A stretch of DNA of 64,000 bases from Anaerolineae bacterium (GTDB taxonomy: Bacteria > Chloroflexota > Anaerolineae > Anaerolineales > Villigracilaceae). Shown here piece by piece: positions 36,857-46,007 of this stretch; positions within the stretch are counted from its first letter, which is position 1; each line of letters starts with the position of its first letter. The notes below the pieces were generated by a model, which ran no database searches, was not told where the DNA came from, and was given only the letters and a program-made list of their open reading frames with translations. The translations under genes were made by a program, and so were the position numbers. The DNA is taken from contig JBGOXG010000001.1 in assembly GCA_041479025.1 (NCBI GenBank), forward strand, positions 8,262 to 72,261. Direction: 5' to 3'.

Positions 36857-38915
36857 GTTCGTCTGCCTTGCGGCCTGCTTCCCTGGCTGCCATGGTACGT
36901 GATTTTAAAATCTCAATTTCACCGAGCGATCTTCTAGTATTTGCCATTTCCAGGGCTTTTTCATATTGATCGGCAGCAGCGAGAAATGCCCCGCTTTTTT
37001 CGAAATGTTCTGCCGCCATGACTTTATATGATGTTCCATTAAGTCTTGAAAGCCATTGTGCCACAGCTCGGTGGTAGGTGGTCCTGCTCCGGTGGGGTAT
37101 CATGCTGTATGCTACATCACGGAGGTAGGAGTTCTTAAAAATATATTCTTGCTGATCAGAGAATTTTGAGCCCGCACGGGGAAATGCCATCTCTGCTCGG
37201 ACCAGTTGACGTAATCCGTCTTGGAGCAAGCGGTCAATGACCTGCTCGGGCATGGTAATCAATGTGCCTGTTCCGGTGTTTGCGCGCGAAATTTCTTTGA
37301 GTGCTCCGACCCAAAATACCCGTCCCACCACGGATGCCATCAATGCCACCGTTCTTGATTCGCGGGTGAGGTTGTCAAGGCGTGCCTGCAGCATAGCTCG
37401 TAATGACTCTGGGATTTGTGATTGGATTCGCGAGATCGTCTCATCGGGCGCAGCTTTTATTTCGTCCAGGCCGGAATTAACCAATCCTTTGACGATTTCC
37501 TCTAAGAAATACGGATTTCCTTCAGCGCGACTTGCCAATTCCACGAGAATATGATCGGGTAATGAATGAAGGTCCGGATAAGCGTTTGCCACCATTTCGG
37601 CGGTCGTCGGTAGAGGTCCCAGTGTCATGATGTGTGAAGCCCCCCACCACTGAGGAAAGTCCTTAAGAAAGCTCAGCCGAGTTCCACCCAGTATCATGAT
37701 TGGTAGAGGTTCAATTCCTGGTCTTACGAGTGAAAAGAGTAGATTAAGGCTTTCTTTGTCCGCCCATTGGAGGTCATCAATGAGAATGACCAATGGTCCT
37801 TTCAAGCTTAATCGATAAAGAAGCTCACGCGCCAGTTCGATTGCGTGATCAAGTTCTTCTTCAGCCGTATTCACTTGGTGAAGAATTTTGTCATCTCGTT
37901 GGATATCTAGTCCAATCAATCTCCCCATGGTGTAAACGACATCAGGGGTAGCTGTTCTCGAGGATCGTTCGCTCAACAAGTGATTGATTTCTTGCTCGAA
38001 ATACCCTCTATTTTGCTCCATGGAGGCGTCCTCCTGTAGCCCAAAACGTCTAAATAGGATTTGCCGCCAGATGTGGTAAGGTACACGCGATGTCTGCGCG
38101 AGCGCCCGGGTGGTGATGACTTGCGCAGACGGAACAGCCTCTTGAAGGTTGAGAGAAAATTCCATCAATAATCTTGATTTGCCAATACCGACTTCGCCAG
38201 TAACAAGAATAAGTGTGGGAATTATTGATGTACGGGATTGTTCGAAATAGATCCTAAGGCGGGACATTTCATTTTCCCGTCCTACCATATGAGTCTCAAG
38301 CCGGTCCAGGCTATCATAGGTGATTTTTGAGGCAGAGCTTCTGATACCCACAATCTGATATGCCTTTATTGGCTCAGCTTTACCCTTGGCTTGTATCGGC
38401 AACAGTTCCTTAAGCTCGAATATGTTTCTTATTAATTGACCGGTTCCTTCGCCGACGATCGCTGTGCCAGGCTCAGCGGCCTGCTCAAGGCGGGCGGCAA
38501 CATTGACTGTGTCACCGATCATTGTATATTCATTTTTCATGCCGACATAGCCAGCGAATACCTGACCGGAATTTACACCCACCCGGAGGTTTAGTTTTTC
38601 TGTCCCGGGGATATTGGAATTTCGGGCGTAGTTGTTCAGGGATTCGAGTAACGCAAGCGCGGCGTGGACTGCTTTTTCTGCATCACGATCGCTGGCATAC
38701 GGTGCGCCCCACACCGCCATGACGCCATCCCCCATGTGCTTGTCGACATACCCCCCGGCTTCCTCGATGATGGCATCCAGTCGCGACCAGATATCCTTAA
38801 TCAAATCACTCACCGTTTCGTAATCCAGCTGTTCCGCGAGGGTTGTAAAGCCCTGTACATCTGCGAACAGGACGGTAGCTGAACGACGCTCTTCCGGATA
38901 CAGGTGAGTTGTCAT
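36849..38915 (-). CDS. Class III adenylate/guanylate cyclase domain fused to a P-loop STAND/AAA ATPase and helical (TPR-like) repeats
   Basis: Cyclase motifs ATVLFADVQGFT and GDGVMAVWGAP. Walker A TGEVGIGKSRL and Walker B-like LVILIDDLQWAD. Helical C-terminus. No HTH seen. Confidence 0.8.
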   Translation of the reverse strand: MTTHLYPEERRSATVLFADVQGFTTLAEQLDYETVSDLIKDIWSRLDAIIEEAGGYVDKHMGDGVMAVWGAPYASDRDAEKAVHAALALLESLNNYARNSNIPGTEKLNLRVGVNSGQVFAGYVGMKNEYTMIGDTVNVAARLEQAAEPGTAIVGEGTGQLIRNIFELKELLPIQAKGKAEPIKAYQIVGIRSSASKITYDSLDRLETHMVGRENEMSRLRIYFEQSRTSIIPTLILVTGEVGIGKSRLLMEFSLNLQEAVPSAQVITTRALAQTSRVPYHIWRQILFRRFGLQEDASMEQNRGYFEQEINHLLSERSSRTATPDVVYTMGRLIGLDIQRDDKILHQVNTAEEELDHAIELARELLYRLSLKGPLVILIDDLQWADKESLNLLFSLVRPGIEPLPIMILGGTRLSFLKDFPQWWGASHIMTLGPLPTTAEMVANAYPDLHSLPDHILVELASRAEGNPYFLEEIVKGLVNSGLDEIKAAPDETISRIQSQIPESLRAMLQARLDNLTRESRTVALMASVVGRVFWVGALKEISRANTGTGTLITMPEQVIDRLLQDGLRQLVRAEMAFPRAGSKFSDQQEYIFKNSYLRDVAYSMIPHRSRTTYHRAVAQWLSRLNGTSYKVMAAEHFEKSGAFLAAADQYEKALEMANTRRSLGEIEILKSRTMAAREAGRKADEHE

Positions 38916-38941
38916 AGCCGTGGATTTATTACATGCTATTA

Positions 38942-40291
38942 TTACTTTTCGAGAATTCCCAACACGGAAGGCAGCAATTGCTTCTTGCGAGAAACAACGC
39001 CAGGGGCATCGCGCGTCCCATCCGACAAAGGAGGATAGGGAAGTTCGTCCAGCACCGGTGGCGGTGACGACGAGATGAGCAGCCGGCTGGAATTCCGTAC
39101 CACGTCAGTGACAAGCAACATGGCAAAATCCAACCCTCGTTTGTCACGGAGATCGTTTAGGGCAGAGACTAACTGCTCAAGATATTCTCCGATTTGTAAT
39201 TGGTCGGTAACCTCGACCTGTGCGACTGCAAATTTAAATTCACCTGCCTCATAGGATTTGATGTCTGTGCTGACTACTTCTTTTGGTTCGCGATTCGCGA
39301 GACCAGCACCAGCAGATAAAATTTGCTTTCCATAAGTGGATATTGACTCACCTTTCAGGGGGCTGTTCCCAACAAATGCCCAGCGAGCCAATCGGTCCGC
39401 TGCTTGTTTGTCCCTCGACGTAGTAGTCGGTGAAGTAAGGATAAGTGTATCCGCCAGGAGACCGGCCAGCATGAGTCCGGATAAAGTGGGGGGCATGGAT
39501 AGTCCTGCTTCGGCTGCCAGTTCAGAAACGAGTGTGCTAGTCGATCCGACAATATCCACAGTAAAGCGAATGGGTTGGTGGGTATAAGGATTGCCGAGAC
39601 GGTGATGGTCTAGAATCTCCAGCAACTCAGCTTCATCAAGTGCGGCTATCGCCTGCCGGGGTTCGTTATGGTCGACAAGGATGAGTTTTAGTCGGGGCGG
39701 ATTGAGCACGCCGCGTTGGTGGCAAATACCGACGTAATGACCGTTCTCGTCAACGACAAAAAAATCATTATGCTCTTCGCGAAGGATGCGGTTCAATGAA
39801 TCGCGGATATGGCCATTCGCCTGGAATTTCGGTACCCCAGTATCGGCAGCGTCTTTGCAGGGGGCTGACAGGATGTCACCGATGCGCTGATTACTTAAAT
39901 CCAGTCGTGGGCCGACGGCCTGTCGGAAAAAATTGAATAGACTTAACCCATCGATCATTCCGTACGGTTTGCCGTCTTCGGTTACCACGGGTGCAACGCC
40001 CCCTGTGCGGCTGGCGAGTGCCCATGCTTCGGAAAGCGGATCGTCGGGGTGGATGGTATCAAATTGTCGTGTGACAGATTCAAAACGGGGTGAGGCATCC
40101 GTCAGGAGGAAGGGGGGTTCAAGATTTAGTTTTTTTAGCGCCCAGGCGGTTTGGGCATTGATTGCTCCAGCACGAGAAGCGACTGTATCCTGGCCATCGC
40201 GCTGGCGCAACAGCCACGCATAACCCATGGCTGACGCTATAGAATCAGTGTCGGGGTTGATGTGCCCAATAACATAAATTTTGTCAGCCAT
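38942..40291 (-). CDS. Family II (DHH) inorganic pyrophosphatase with inserted CBS pair (CBS-PPase)
   Basis: IYVIGHINPDTDSIASA, VDHNE, DHHRLG, and a DHHA2-like C-terminus. Two CBS-like modules lie between DHH motifs. Confidence 0.75.
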   Translation of the reverse strand: MADKIYVIGHINPDTDSIASAMGYAWLLRQRDGQDTVASRAGAINAQTAWALKKLNLEPPFLLTDASPRFESVTRQFDTIHPDDPLSEAWALASRTGGVAPVVTEDGKPYGMIDGLSLFNFFRQAVGPRLDLSNQRIGDILSAPCKDAADTGVPKFQANGHIRDSLNRILREEHNDFFVVDENGHYVGICHQRGVLNPPRLKLILVDHNEPRQAIAALDEAELLEILDHHRLGNPYTHQPIRFTVDIVGSTSTLVSELAAEAGLSMPPTLSGLMLAGLLADTLILTSPTTTSRDKQAADRLARWAFVGNSPLKGESISTYGKQILSAGAGLANREPKEVVSTDIKSYEAGEFKFAVAQVEVTDQLQIGEYLEQLVSALNDLRDKRGLDFAMLLVTDVVRNSSRLLISSSPPPVLDELPYPPLSDGTRDAPGVVSRKKQLLPSVLGILEK

Positions 40292-40307
40292 TAATTACCA
40301 CTCCAAA

Positions 40308-43286
40308 TCAACCATTTATTTCCTTTATTGCTTTCCAAACGCGTTCCGGCGTGGCGGGATTCTCGTCAACATTCGCACCGACTGCATCCAAGATCGCATT
40401 CCCAACTGCTGGTGCAACGCCATCCATTGGTATTTCAGCGACAGCTTTAACCCCAAATGGATGGCTGGGTTCGAAAGTTTCGACGAAAATTGTCTCTAAC
40501 GCCGGGACTTCGTCTGCGCGAAAAATGTGATAGTTGTTCAAATCGCGTTCGCGGGCGACGCCTCGCAAATCATACCGCATCTCCTCGCAGACCGCATAGC
40601 CGAGTGCCTGGATCATGCCACCTTCGATTTGGCCGGAGGCCGTCAATGGATTGACAATAATCCCCGAATCGACCGCCATGACGAGTTTATCCACGGTGAC
40701 CTGACCTGTTTCCCTGTCAACGGTCACCTCGGCGAACTGAGCCGCAAAAGGAGGGGGTGAGGACTGCGAAACATAAGAAGCCACACCCATGATCTGCTCC
40801 TGGTTCTGCCGATGGAGCGAATCCAAAGCAATTTCTGCCAAAGGAACGCTGCGTCCATCCGGCGCAACGGCTTTCTTATCCATCAAGCGAATGCTGGTGT
40901 GGTCATCCGTTTTCAGAATCAAAGCGGCTCTTTGTTTGATTTTTTCCGCGACGATTTCTGCTGCTTTGACTGCCGCCGCACCGGATATATATGTCGTGGA
41001 AGATGCGTAGGCTCCCTTGTCAAAAGGTGTGAAATCAGTATCCGACGAATAAGTGATGATGTCATCCAGCGGCACACCCAGCACTTCAGCTACCATCTGC
41101 GCGAGCACCGTGTCTGAGCCGGTACCCAAATCCGTCGCGCCAACCAACAGGTTGAAGGAGCCGTCATCATTCATCTTAATGGACGCACCACCCATATCAA
41201 GATAAGGAATTGCTGTACCCTGCATGACCATTGCGACGCCGATTCCCTTGCGGTTGTGCGAGCCAGGCATAGCGGCGTTTTCATGCCATTCTTGATTGCC
41301 AAATTTATCGTCCCAGCCGATCGCCGCCTTGCCCTGCTGGACGCACTGCTCCAAGCCGACGGTATGGATTACTTCCGGTATGGGTTCCCGCCCTTCGTTC
41401 CAGGCAGTACTGAACGGATGAAATTCACCCGCGCGGATGGCGTTCTTCAGACGAAATTCCAGCGGATCGAATCCCATTAACCGGGCGATTTTTTCCATTT
41501 GCCGTTCCACCGCCCAGTAACCTTGCGGCACACCATAACCGCGGTACGCACCCGCCGGGGGTGTGTTGGTGTAGACGATATCTGCGTGGAATCGAATATT
41601 GGGTGCTTTGCGGTAACTTCCATCGCCGACATACAGCGCCATGGATTTGTGCCCGGTGTTTCCGGTCACTGTTAAAGCGTGACTGCCGTATGCGCCGGTG
41701 TCCGTGAGTACCTTCATCTCGTTGGCGGTCATAGTACCGTCGCGCATGACGCCGGTCTTCATCAAGATTCGCATTGGGTGGCGCGATCGCGCTCCGATGA
41801 ACTCTTCTTCACGAGAGTACTCGTAGATGACCGGTCGTCGTGTCGCAATGGTCAGATGTGCCGCGACGTCCTCGATAAGCACCTCTTGTTTGCCACCGAA
41901 ACCACCACCGATCCGCGGTTTGATGACTCGTATGCGTTTTACTGGTAGTCCCAGAACCGGAGAAAGCATCCGCCTGACATGAAACGGTACCTGGGTCGAC
42001 GTGCGGATGACCAGACGGTCATCCTCGTCCCAGTAGGTGACGCAGACATGCGGTTCGATGTGGACTTGCTGTACCTTCGGTACTTCGTAAACGCCTTCAA
42101 ATACCTCATCTGCCTCCGCAAAGCCTTTCTCCACGTCGCCAATGTCAATGCGGATTTCCGCTGCGAGGTTCTTTTCCGGATTCGAGTCGGCAAAATTAAC
42201 GTACTCAGTTTCATCGTGGATTCGGACCGCGCCCGGTTTCATCGCCAGAGATGAGTTGAGCACCGCATCCAGGATTTCATATTCGACATCAATCAACCTG
42301 CAAGCCTGCTCGGCGATTTCAGGTGTCTCTGCTGCTACGAAAGCCACCCGGTCGCCCACAAAACGGACTTTGTTATCCAACGAGAACGAATCCAACGGTC
42401 CGGGGATGGGGTCAGACTGCCCTGCAGTGGAGTAAACCACCCGTGGGATATCCTGCCATGTCAGGACGGCCTCAACGCCCGGCACGGCTCTCGCCTTTGT
42501 CGCATCAATACTCTTTATACGGGCATGCGCATGGGGTGAACGCAATACTTTAGCGTGTAATATCCCACGCAGCTCAATATCTGCTGTGAAAGCAGGCTTA
42601 CCCTGAACGAGTTTGATGGCATCTACCTTAATTTCAGGTTTTCCAACGGTTTGATACGGAGTTGTTTCCGGTGCAACGACAACCTTCGGCATCACTTTCA
42701 TCTGGAGAGCTGTGCTTGGTAGACTTGAATCCAGGTCGGTTTCTGACAAGGTGTGAGACATGTTTTTCCACCCAACCCGCTCCAGAGCTCCAAAGTGGTC
42801 TTCGCCCCGTAATACTGCCGCAGCTTTTAAGACTGCCTGTACCGGTTTGGCATAGCCCGTGCAGCGGCACAGCACACCGGACAGTGCCTCGCGGACTTCT
42901 GCTTCGTTGGGGTTCGGATTCTTGTCCAAAAGCGCTTTAGCAGCCAAAACCTGAGCTGGCGTACAGTATCCACATTGAATTGCCCCGCTTTCTACAAACG
43001 CCTGCTGGATGGGATGCAGACCACCCGTTTTGCGCCATCCCTGATCGGGGTGTTCACCCAGTGCTTCTATTGTGACGATTTGATGTCCTTCAGCCTGAGC
43101 TGCCAGCAACAGGCTGGCGTTGACGGATTTACCATCAACGATGACGGTGTCTGACCCGCTCAATCCATGCTCGTCGCCGAACTTGACTCCATGGTATCCA
43201 AGTCCACGCAATGTCCTAAACAATGTAGCGTTTGGAGAAACAGTAAGGTTGTGGTCTTTACCATTGATCATCAATGTGATGTTCAT
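40308..43286 (-). CDS. Xanthine dehydrogenase/aldehyde oxidase-family molybdopterin enzyme; fused FeS (small-subunit) and Moco (large-subunit) domains
   Basis: N-terminal CoxS-like domain with retained second cluster motifs (QCGYCTP, CRCTGY). This is followed by an a/b-hammerhead (ILHAKVLRSPHAHARIKSID) and Moco-binding domains. The C-terminal AVAEIP carries the expected Glu. Confidence 0.85.
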   Translation of the reverse strand: MNITLMINGKDHNLTVSPNATLFRTLRGLGYHGVKFGDEHGLSGSDTVIVDGKSVNASLLLAAQAEGHQIVTIEALGEHPDQGWRKTGGLHPIQQAFVESGAIQCGYCTPAQVLAAKALLDKNPNPNEAEVREALSGVLCRCTGYAKPVQAVLKAAAVLRGEDHFGALERVGWKNMSHTLSETDLDSSLPSTALQMKVMPKVVVAPETTPYQTVGKPEIKVDAIKLVQGKPAFTADIELRGILHAKVLRSPHAHARIKSIDATKARAVPGVEAVLTWQDIPRVVYSTAGQSDPIPGPLDSFSLDNKVRFVGDRVAFVAAETPEIAEQACRLIDVEYEILDAVLNSSLAMKPGAVRIHDETEYVNFADSNPEKNLAAEIRIDIGDVEKGFAEADEVFEGVYEVPKVQQVHIEPHVCVTYWDEDDRLVIRTSTQVPFHVRRMLSPVLGLPVKRIRVIKPRIGGGFGGKQEVLIEDVAAHLTIATRRPVIYEYSREEEFIGARSRHPMRILMKTGVMRDGTMTANEMKVLTDTGAYGSHALTVTGNTGHKSMALYVGDGSYRKAPNIRFHADIVYTNTPPAGAYRGYGVPQGYWAVERQMEKIARLMGFDPLEFRLKNAIRAGEFHPFSTAWNEGREPIPEVIHTVGLEQCVQQGKAAIGWDDKFGNQEWHENAAMPGSHNRKGIGVAMVMQGTAIPYLDMGGASIKMNDDGSFNLLVGATDLGTGSDTVLAQMVAEVLGVPLDDIITYSSDTDFTPFDKGAYASSTTYISGAAAVKAAEIVAEKIKQRAALILKTDDHTSIRLMDKKAVAPDGRSVPLAEIALDSLHRQNQEQIMGVASYVSQSSPPPFAAQFAEVTVDRETGQVTVDKLVMAVDSGIIVNPLTASGQIEGGMIQALGYAVCEEMRYDLRGVARERDLNNYHIFRADEVPALETIFVETFEPSHPFGVKAVAEIPMDGVAPAVGNAILDAVGANVDENPATPERVWKAIKEING

Positions 43287-43307
43287 ATCTTCCTCATCTC
43301 GAACACA

Positions 43308-44393
43308 CTAAGACAAAGAGAGATCTCGGCGAATGCGTTTTCTTAATTCATCAATCGCTTTTCTTTCACCGTTCTCGTCCTCGTATAACCAAAAATCCCA
43401 ACCATTAGCCGGCGCCTTAGTCAATATTTTTGCCATTCCGTGAATAGAATCGATTTTGTTACCGCACCGGATCTGTCCATTTGCAAGTACAATCGCTTTC
43501 ACACCATCATTCTTGCACCAAAGAGTCTGTCCCGGTTTTAGTAAACCTGTTTCGATCAACATCCCGAAAGGAATACGTTTCTCGCGTTGGCAATTATCCA
43601 GCGTCACCGATTCGAGTGGAAAAGGTTCGATATCATCAATTCGTTTCTGAGCTACTTTGATGTATTTCTTTTCTCGTTCGATGCCAATCCAGTTCCGGCG
43701 AAGCATTTTTGCTGTAGCGCCGGTGGTACCGGATCCCAAAAAGGGATCGAGAATAACATCGTTGGGATTTGTGCTGGAAAGAATGACCCGGTATAAAAGT
43801 CCCGAGGGTTTTTGGGTGGAATGTGCCTTCGACCCGTTGACTCTGATCCGCTCTTTGCCACTCGTCAGCGGGATCGTCCAATCACTTCGCATTTGCAAAT
43901 CGTCATTGAGCGCTTTCATTGCGCGGTGGTTAAATGTATAGCGCGCGCCTCGTATCTTTTGCGCCCAGATCAATGTTTCATGTGCATTAGCGAAGCGCAC
44001 ACCCCGGAAATTTGGCATGGGATTGGTTTTGATCCAGATCACGTCGTTGAGAATCCAAAATCCCAAGTCTTGCATTATCGAACCGACCCGAAAAATATTG
44101 TGATACGACCCGATCACCCAAATTGTGCCGGTGTCTTTCAATACACGCCGGCAGGCAGTCAGCCATCCTTGGGTGAACTGATCGTACGCTGAAAAGCCGG
44201 GGAACTTGTCCCAATTGTCAACCACCGCATCGACCTTAGTCAAATTAGGTCGATATAAGTCATGCTTTAATTGTAGGTTATAGGGTGGGTCAGCAAATAT
44301 CACATCAATCGAATTCTCCGGGAACGAAGAGAGAATCTCGGTACAGTCACCGTGTATAACCTGATTTAAGGGTAAGCAAGTTTTCATGGGCAT
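43308..44393 (-). CDS. CcrM/M.HinfI-type beta-class N6-adenine DNA methyltransferase (predicted GANTC), no adjacent endonuclease
   Basis: IFADPPYNL, WVIGSYHNIFRVG, FWILNDVIW.K.NPMPNF.G.RFANAHETLIWA, MRSDWTIPL, AHSTQKP, ILDPFLGSGTTGA. It also has the CcrM-type C-terminal ~80-aa domain (RIPFGMLIETGLLKPGQTLW...). By my recall it is near-collinear with Caulobacter CcrM. Confidence 0.85.
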   Translation of the reverse strand: MPMKTCLPLNQVIHGDCTEILSSFPENSIDVIFADPPYNLQLKHDLYRPNLTKVDAVVDNWDKFPGFSAYDQFTQGWLTACRRVLKDTGTIWVIGSYHNIFRVGSIMQDLGFWILNDVIWIKTNPMPNFRGVRFANAHETLIWAQKIRGARYTFNHRAMKALNDDLQMRSDWTIPLTSGKERIRVNGSKAHSTQKPSGLLYRVILSSTNPNDVILDPFLGSGTTGATAKMLRRNWIGIEREKKYIKVAQKRIDDIEPFPLESVTLDNCQREKRIPFGMLIETGLLKPGQTLWCKNDGVKAIVLANGQIRCGNKIDSIHGMAKILTKAPANGWDFWLYEDENGERKAIDELRKRIRRDLSLS

Positions 44394-44410
44394 CCAACAG
44401 TCATCAGTGG

Positions 44411-45181
44411 TTATTTCTTCAGACACCTTTTCGCTAATATGGCCGCGACTTCTGTCCTGTACTCCGCCGAAGCCCATTCGTCCGCTGCTTCGTGGAATGC
44501 ATTACGGGCCGAGGCCTGAATTTCATCCAAGTCGGTGCCATCCATAGCGAGTAGTGGCGCTGTGCCAAATCCACCCAGAGAAAGCCTTGTGCGCCCCGAA
44601 GCCCACTGTGCGACCGAAGCACAAACAATGGGGCGGTCCGCGGGAGTACGGGCGACATACTCAAATGAGAATCGGTGATTAAGCGGGATGGAAACACAGG
44701 TTATGAGCTTTTTCAGCAAGAGGGATTTCCGTAAGGGCAGAAGATTGCCCAATGGAATTTCTTGATCATCCGGTTGGAGGGTCAGTTTTGCGTCCAGGGC
44801 TAACATTGCCGTAGCGAAGGTTGAGCGCCCATCACACGCGACAAGGGTTCCGGCAACAGTAGCAGCATTGCGGATATTCAGTGCTGCTTCCTGTTTGATG
44901 GCTCGTTTCAAGCCATCAGGTGTATGCTGGTTATCAAGCAATTGTTGTAAGGTAACGCATGCGTCAATTTCCAGTGAGTTGCCATGTTTGCGGATGTGGT
45001 TTAGTCCCAATCCCTGAAGGTCGACGACGGTTATATCTGATAATCTTGACTGTAAAAGGTCCGTACTCGCGAAGTCCGGGGTATTTATCAGCGTTCCACC
45101 CGCCAGAGGAATCGTGTTGGGCTTGGCGAGTAATTCCAGGACTTGTTGAAGAGTTTTAGGTCGCATGTATTCAGTAATCAT
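44411..45181 (-). CDS. FAD-binding (CoxM/XdhB-like) medium subunit of a molybdenum hydroxylase
   Basis: Y.RPKTLQQVLELL......PLAGGT.L, plus a C-terminal CO-dehydrogenase-flavoprotein-like tail (ASAEYR). 256 aa. Confidence 0.8.
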   Translation of the reverse strand: MITEYMRPKTLQQVLELLAKPNTIPLAGGTLINTPDFASTDLLQSRLSDITVVDLQGLGLNHIRKHGNSLEIDACVTLQQLLDNQHTPDGLKRAIKQEAALNIRNAATVAGTLVACDGRSTFATAMLALDAKLTLQPDDQEIPLGNLLPLRKSLLLKKLITCVSIPLNHRFSFEYVARTPADRPIVCASVAQWASGRTRLSLGGFGTAPLLAMDGTDLDEIQASARNAFHEAADEWASAEYRTEVAAILAKRCLKK

Positions 45182-45219
45182 AGGATCTCACTTATTCATA
45201 GGTCGGGAAACAAACCGAT

Positions 45220-45263
45220 GCAAAAAAGAAGAACGGCATGACTCTATTATACAAGACATGCCG
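45220..45263 (-). terminator. Rho-independent terminator after the thioesterase gene
   Basis: On the minus strand CGGCATG...CATGCCG forms a 7-bp stem (45234..45240 / 45257..45263), followed by TTCTTCTTTTTT. Confidence 0.5.
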
Positions 45264-45290
45264 ACCTCAACGCCAAGTCCGAAATGATAA

Positions 45291-45767
45291 TTAATCAGGA
45301 TATACTTTCCATCCAAGTTGCTCCAGATTTGCGGTATCGAGAGTCTCCTGCGGGACGTTGATCAGCAGTGTTTCAGCCTCCGCCAACAGATTTCCGTTTT
45401 CATCATATATCCCCGCCCAGCCTTCGGCAGTCTTGCCTTTGCTTTTACCGGCTTTCCCGATAATTTTTAACGGTTGTCCGATCGGCACATTCTTGCGATA
45501 TTTTACTTCCAACTTTCCTGTAAACATAAAGCGTGGTGAAGATGGATCGCCCATGAGGGCGCGTCCACTCATCTCGTCTAGAATTGTGGCAACTATTCCG
45601 CCATGGAGGACGCCTGGGTAGCCCTGAAAATGCTCAGGTGCGGTGTAGGTAGTTTCGATCACGCCAGGTCCTGTCTGGTAGATTCTTAGCCTAAGACCGA
45701 CTGGGTTATCGACTCCACATATAAAACACATCCTTGAATTTGGTTGTTTTACAATTGTCTCTGTCAT
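45291..45767 (-). CDS. Hotdog-fold (PaaI-like) thioesterase
   Basis: GVLHGG..ATILDE motif region and length are typical of PaaI/4HBT thioesterases. AAGGA RBS precedes the second ATG. Confidence 0.65.
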   Translation of the reverse strand: MTETIVKQPNSRMCFICGVDNPVGLRLRIYQTGPGVIETTYTAPEHFQGYPGVLHGGIVATILDEMSGRALMGDPSSPRFMFTGKLEVKYRKNVPIGQPLKIIGKAGKSKGKTAEGWAGIYDENGNLLAEAETLLINVPQETLDTANLEQLGWKVYPD

Positions 45768-46007
45768 TTCCAATCCTTTTTTACACATCAGGATTTCCGA
45801 TCACTAATTTGGGGAGATCGCCCTAGCCAGGAATAATGCCATGCGGGAAATCGGGTCGGTGGGGGGATTTCAAATCATCTCCATTTTAATTCCTTAGTGG
45901 TTTGTTTTTAAAACTGGTAAAGTAATTTGCTAATTATACAGTAGCAATTTGCGATTTCCCTTATCGGTGTAAAATTAATACTAACCCACACATTTTTGGA
46001 GGCTAAA

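Noticed and set aside
40281-43311. Many 60-100-aa plus-strand ORFs opposite the molybdenum-enzyme gene. Similar antisense ORFs lie within the ATPase, GH3 and ACAD genes.
   Set aside because: They are nested antisense to long ORFs with strong family motifs and have no RBS or recognisable domains. They are treated as chance ORFs.
40308-45181. Interpreting the CcrM-like methyltransferase as part of a type II restriction-modification system.
   Set aside because: Both flanking genes have clear molybdenum-hydroxylase subunit identities (FAD-binding and FeS/Moco). No unassigned ORF large enough for an endonuclease lies nearby.
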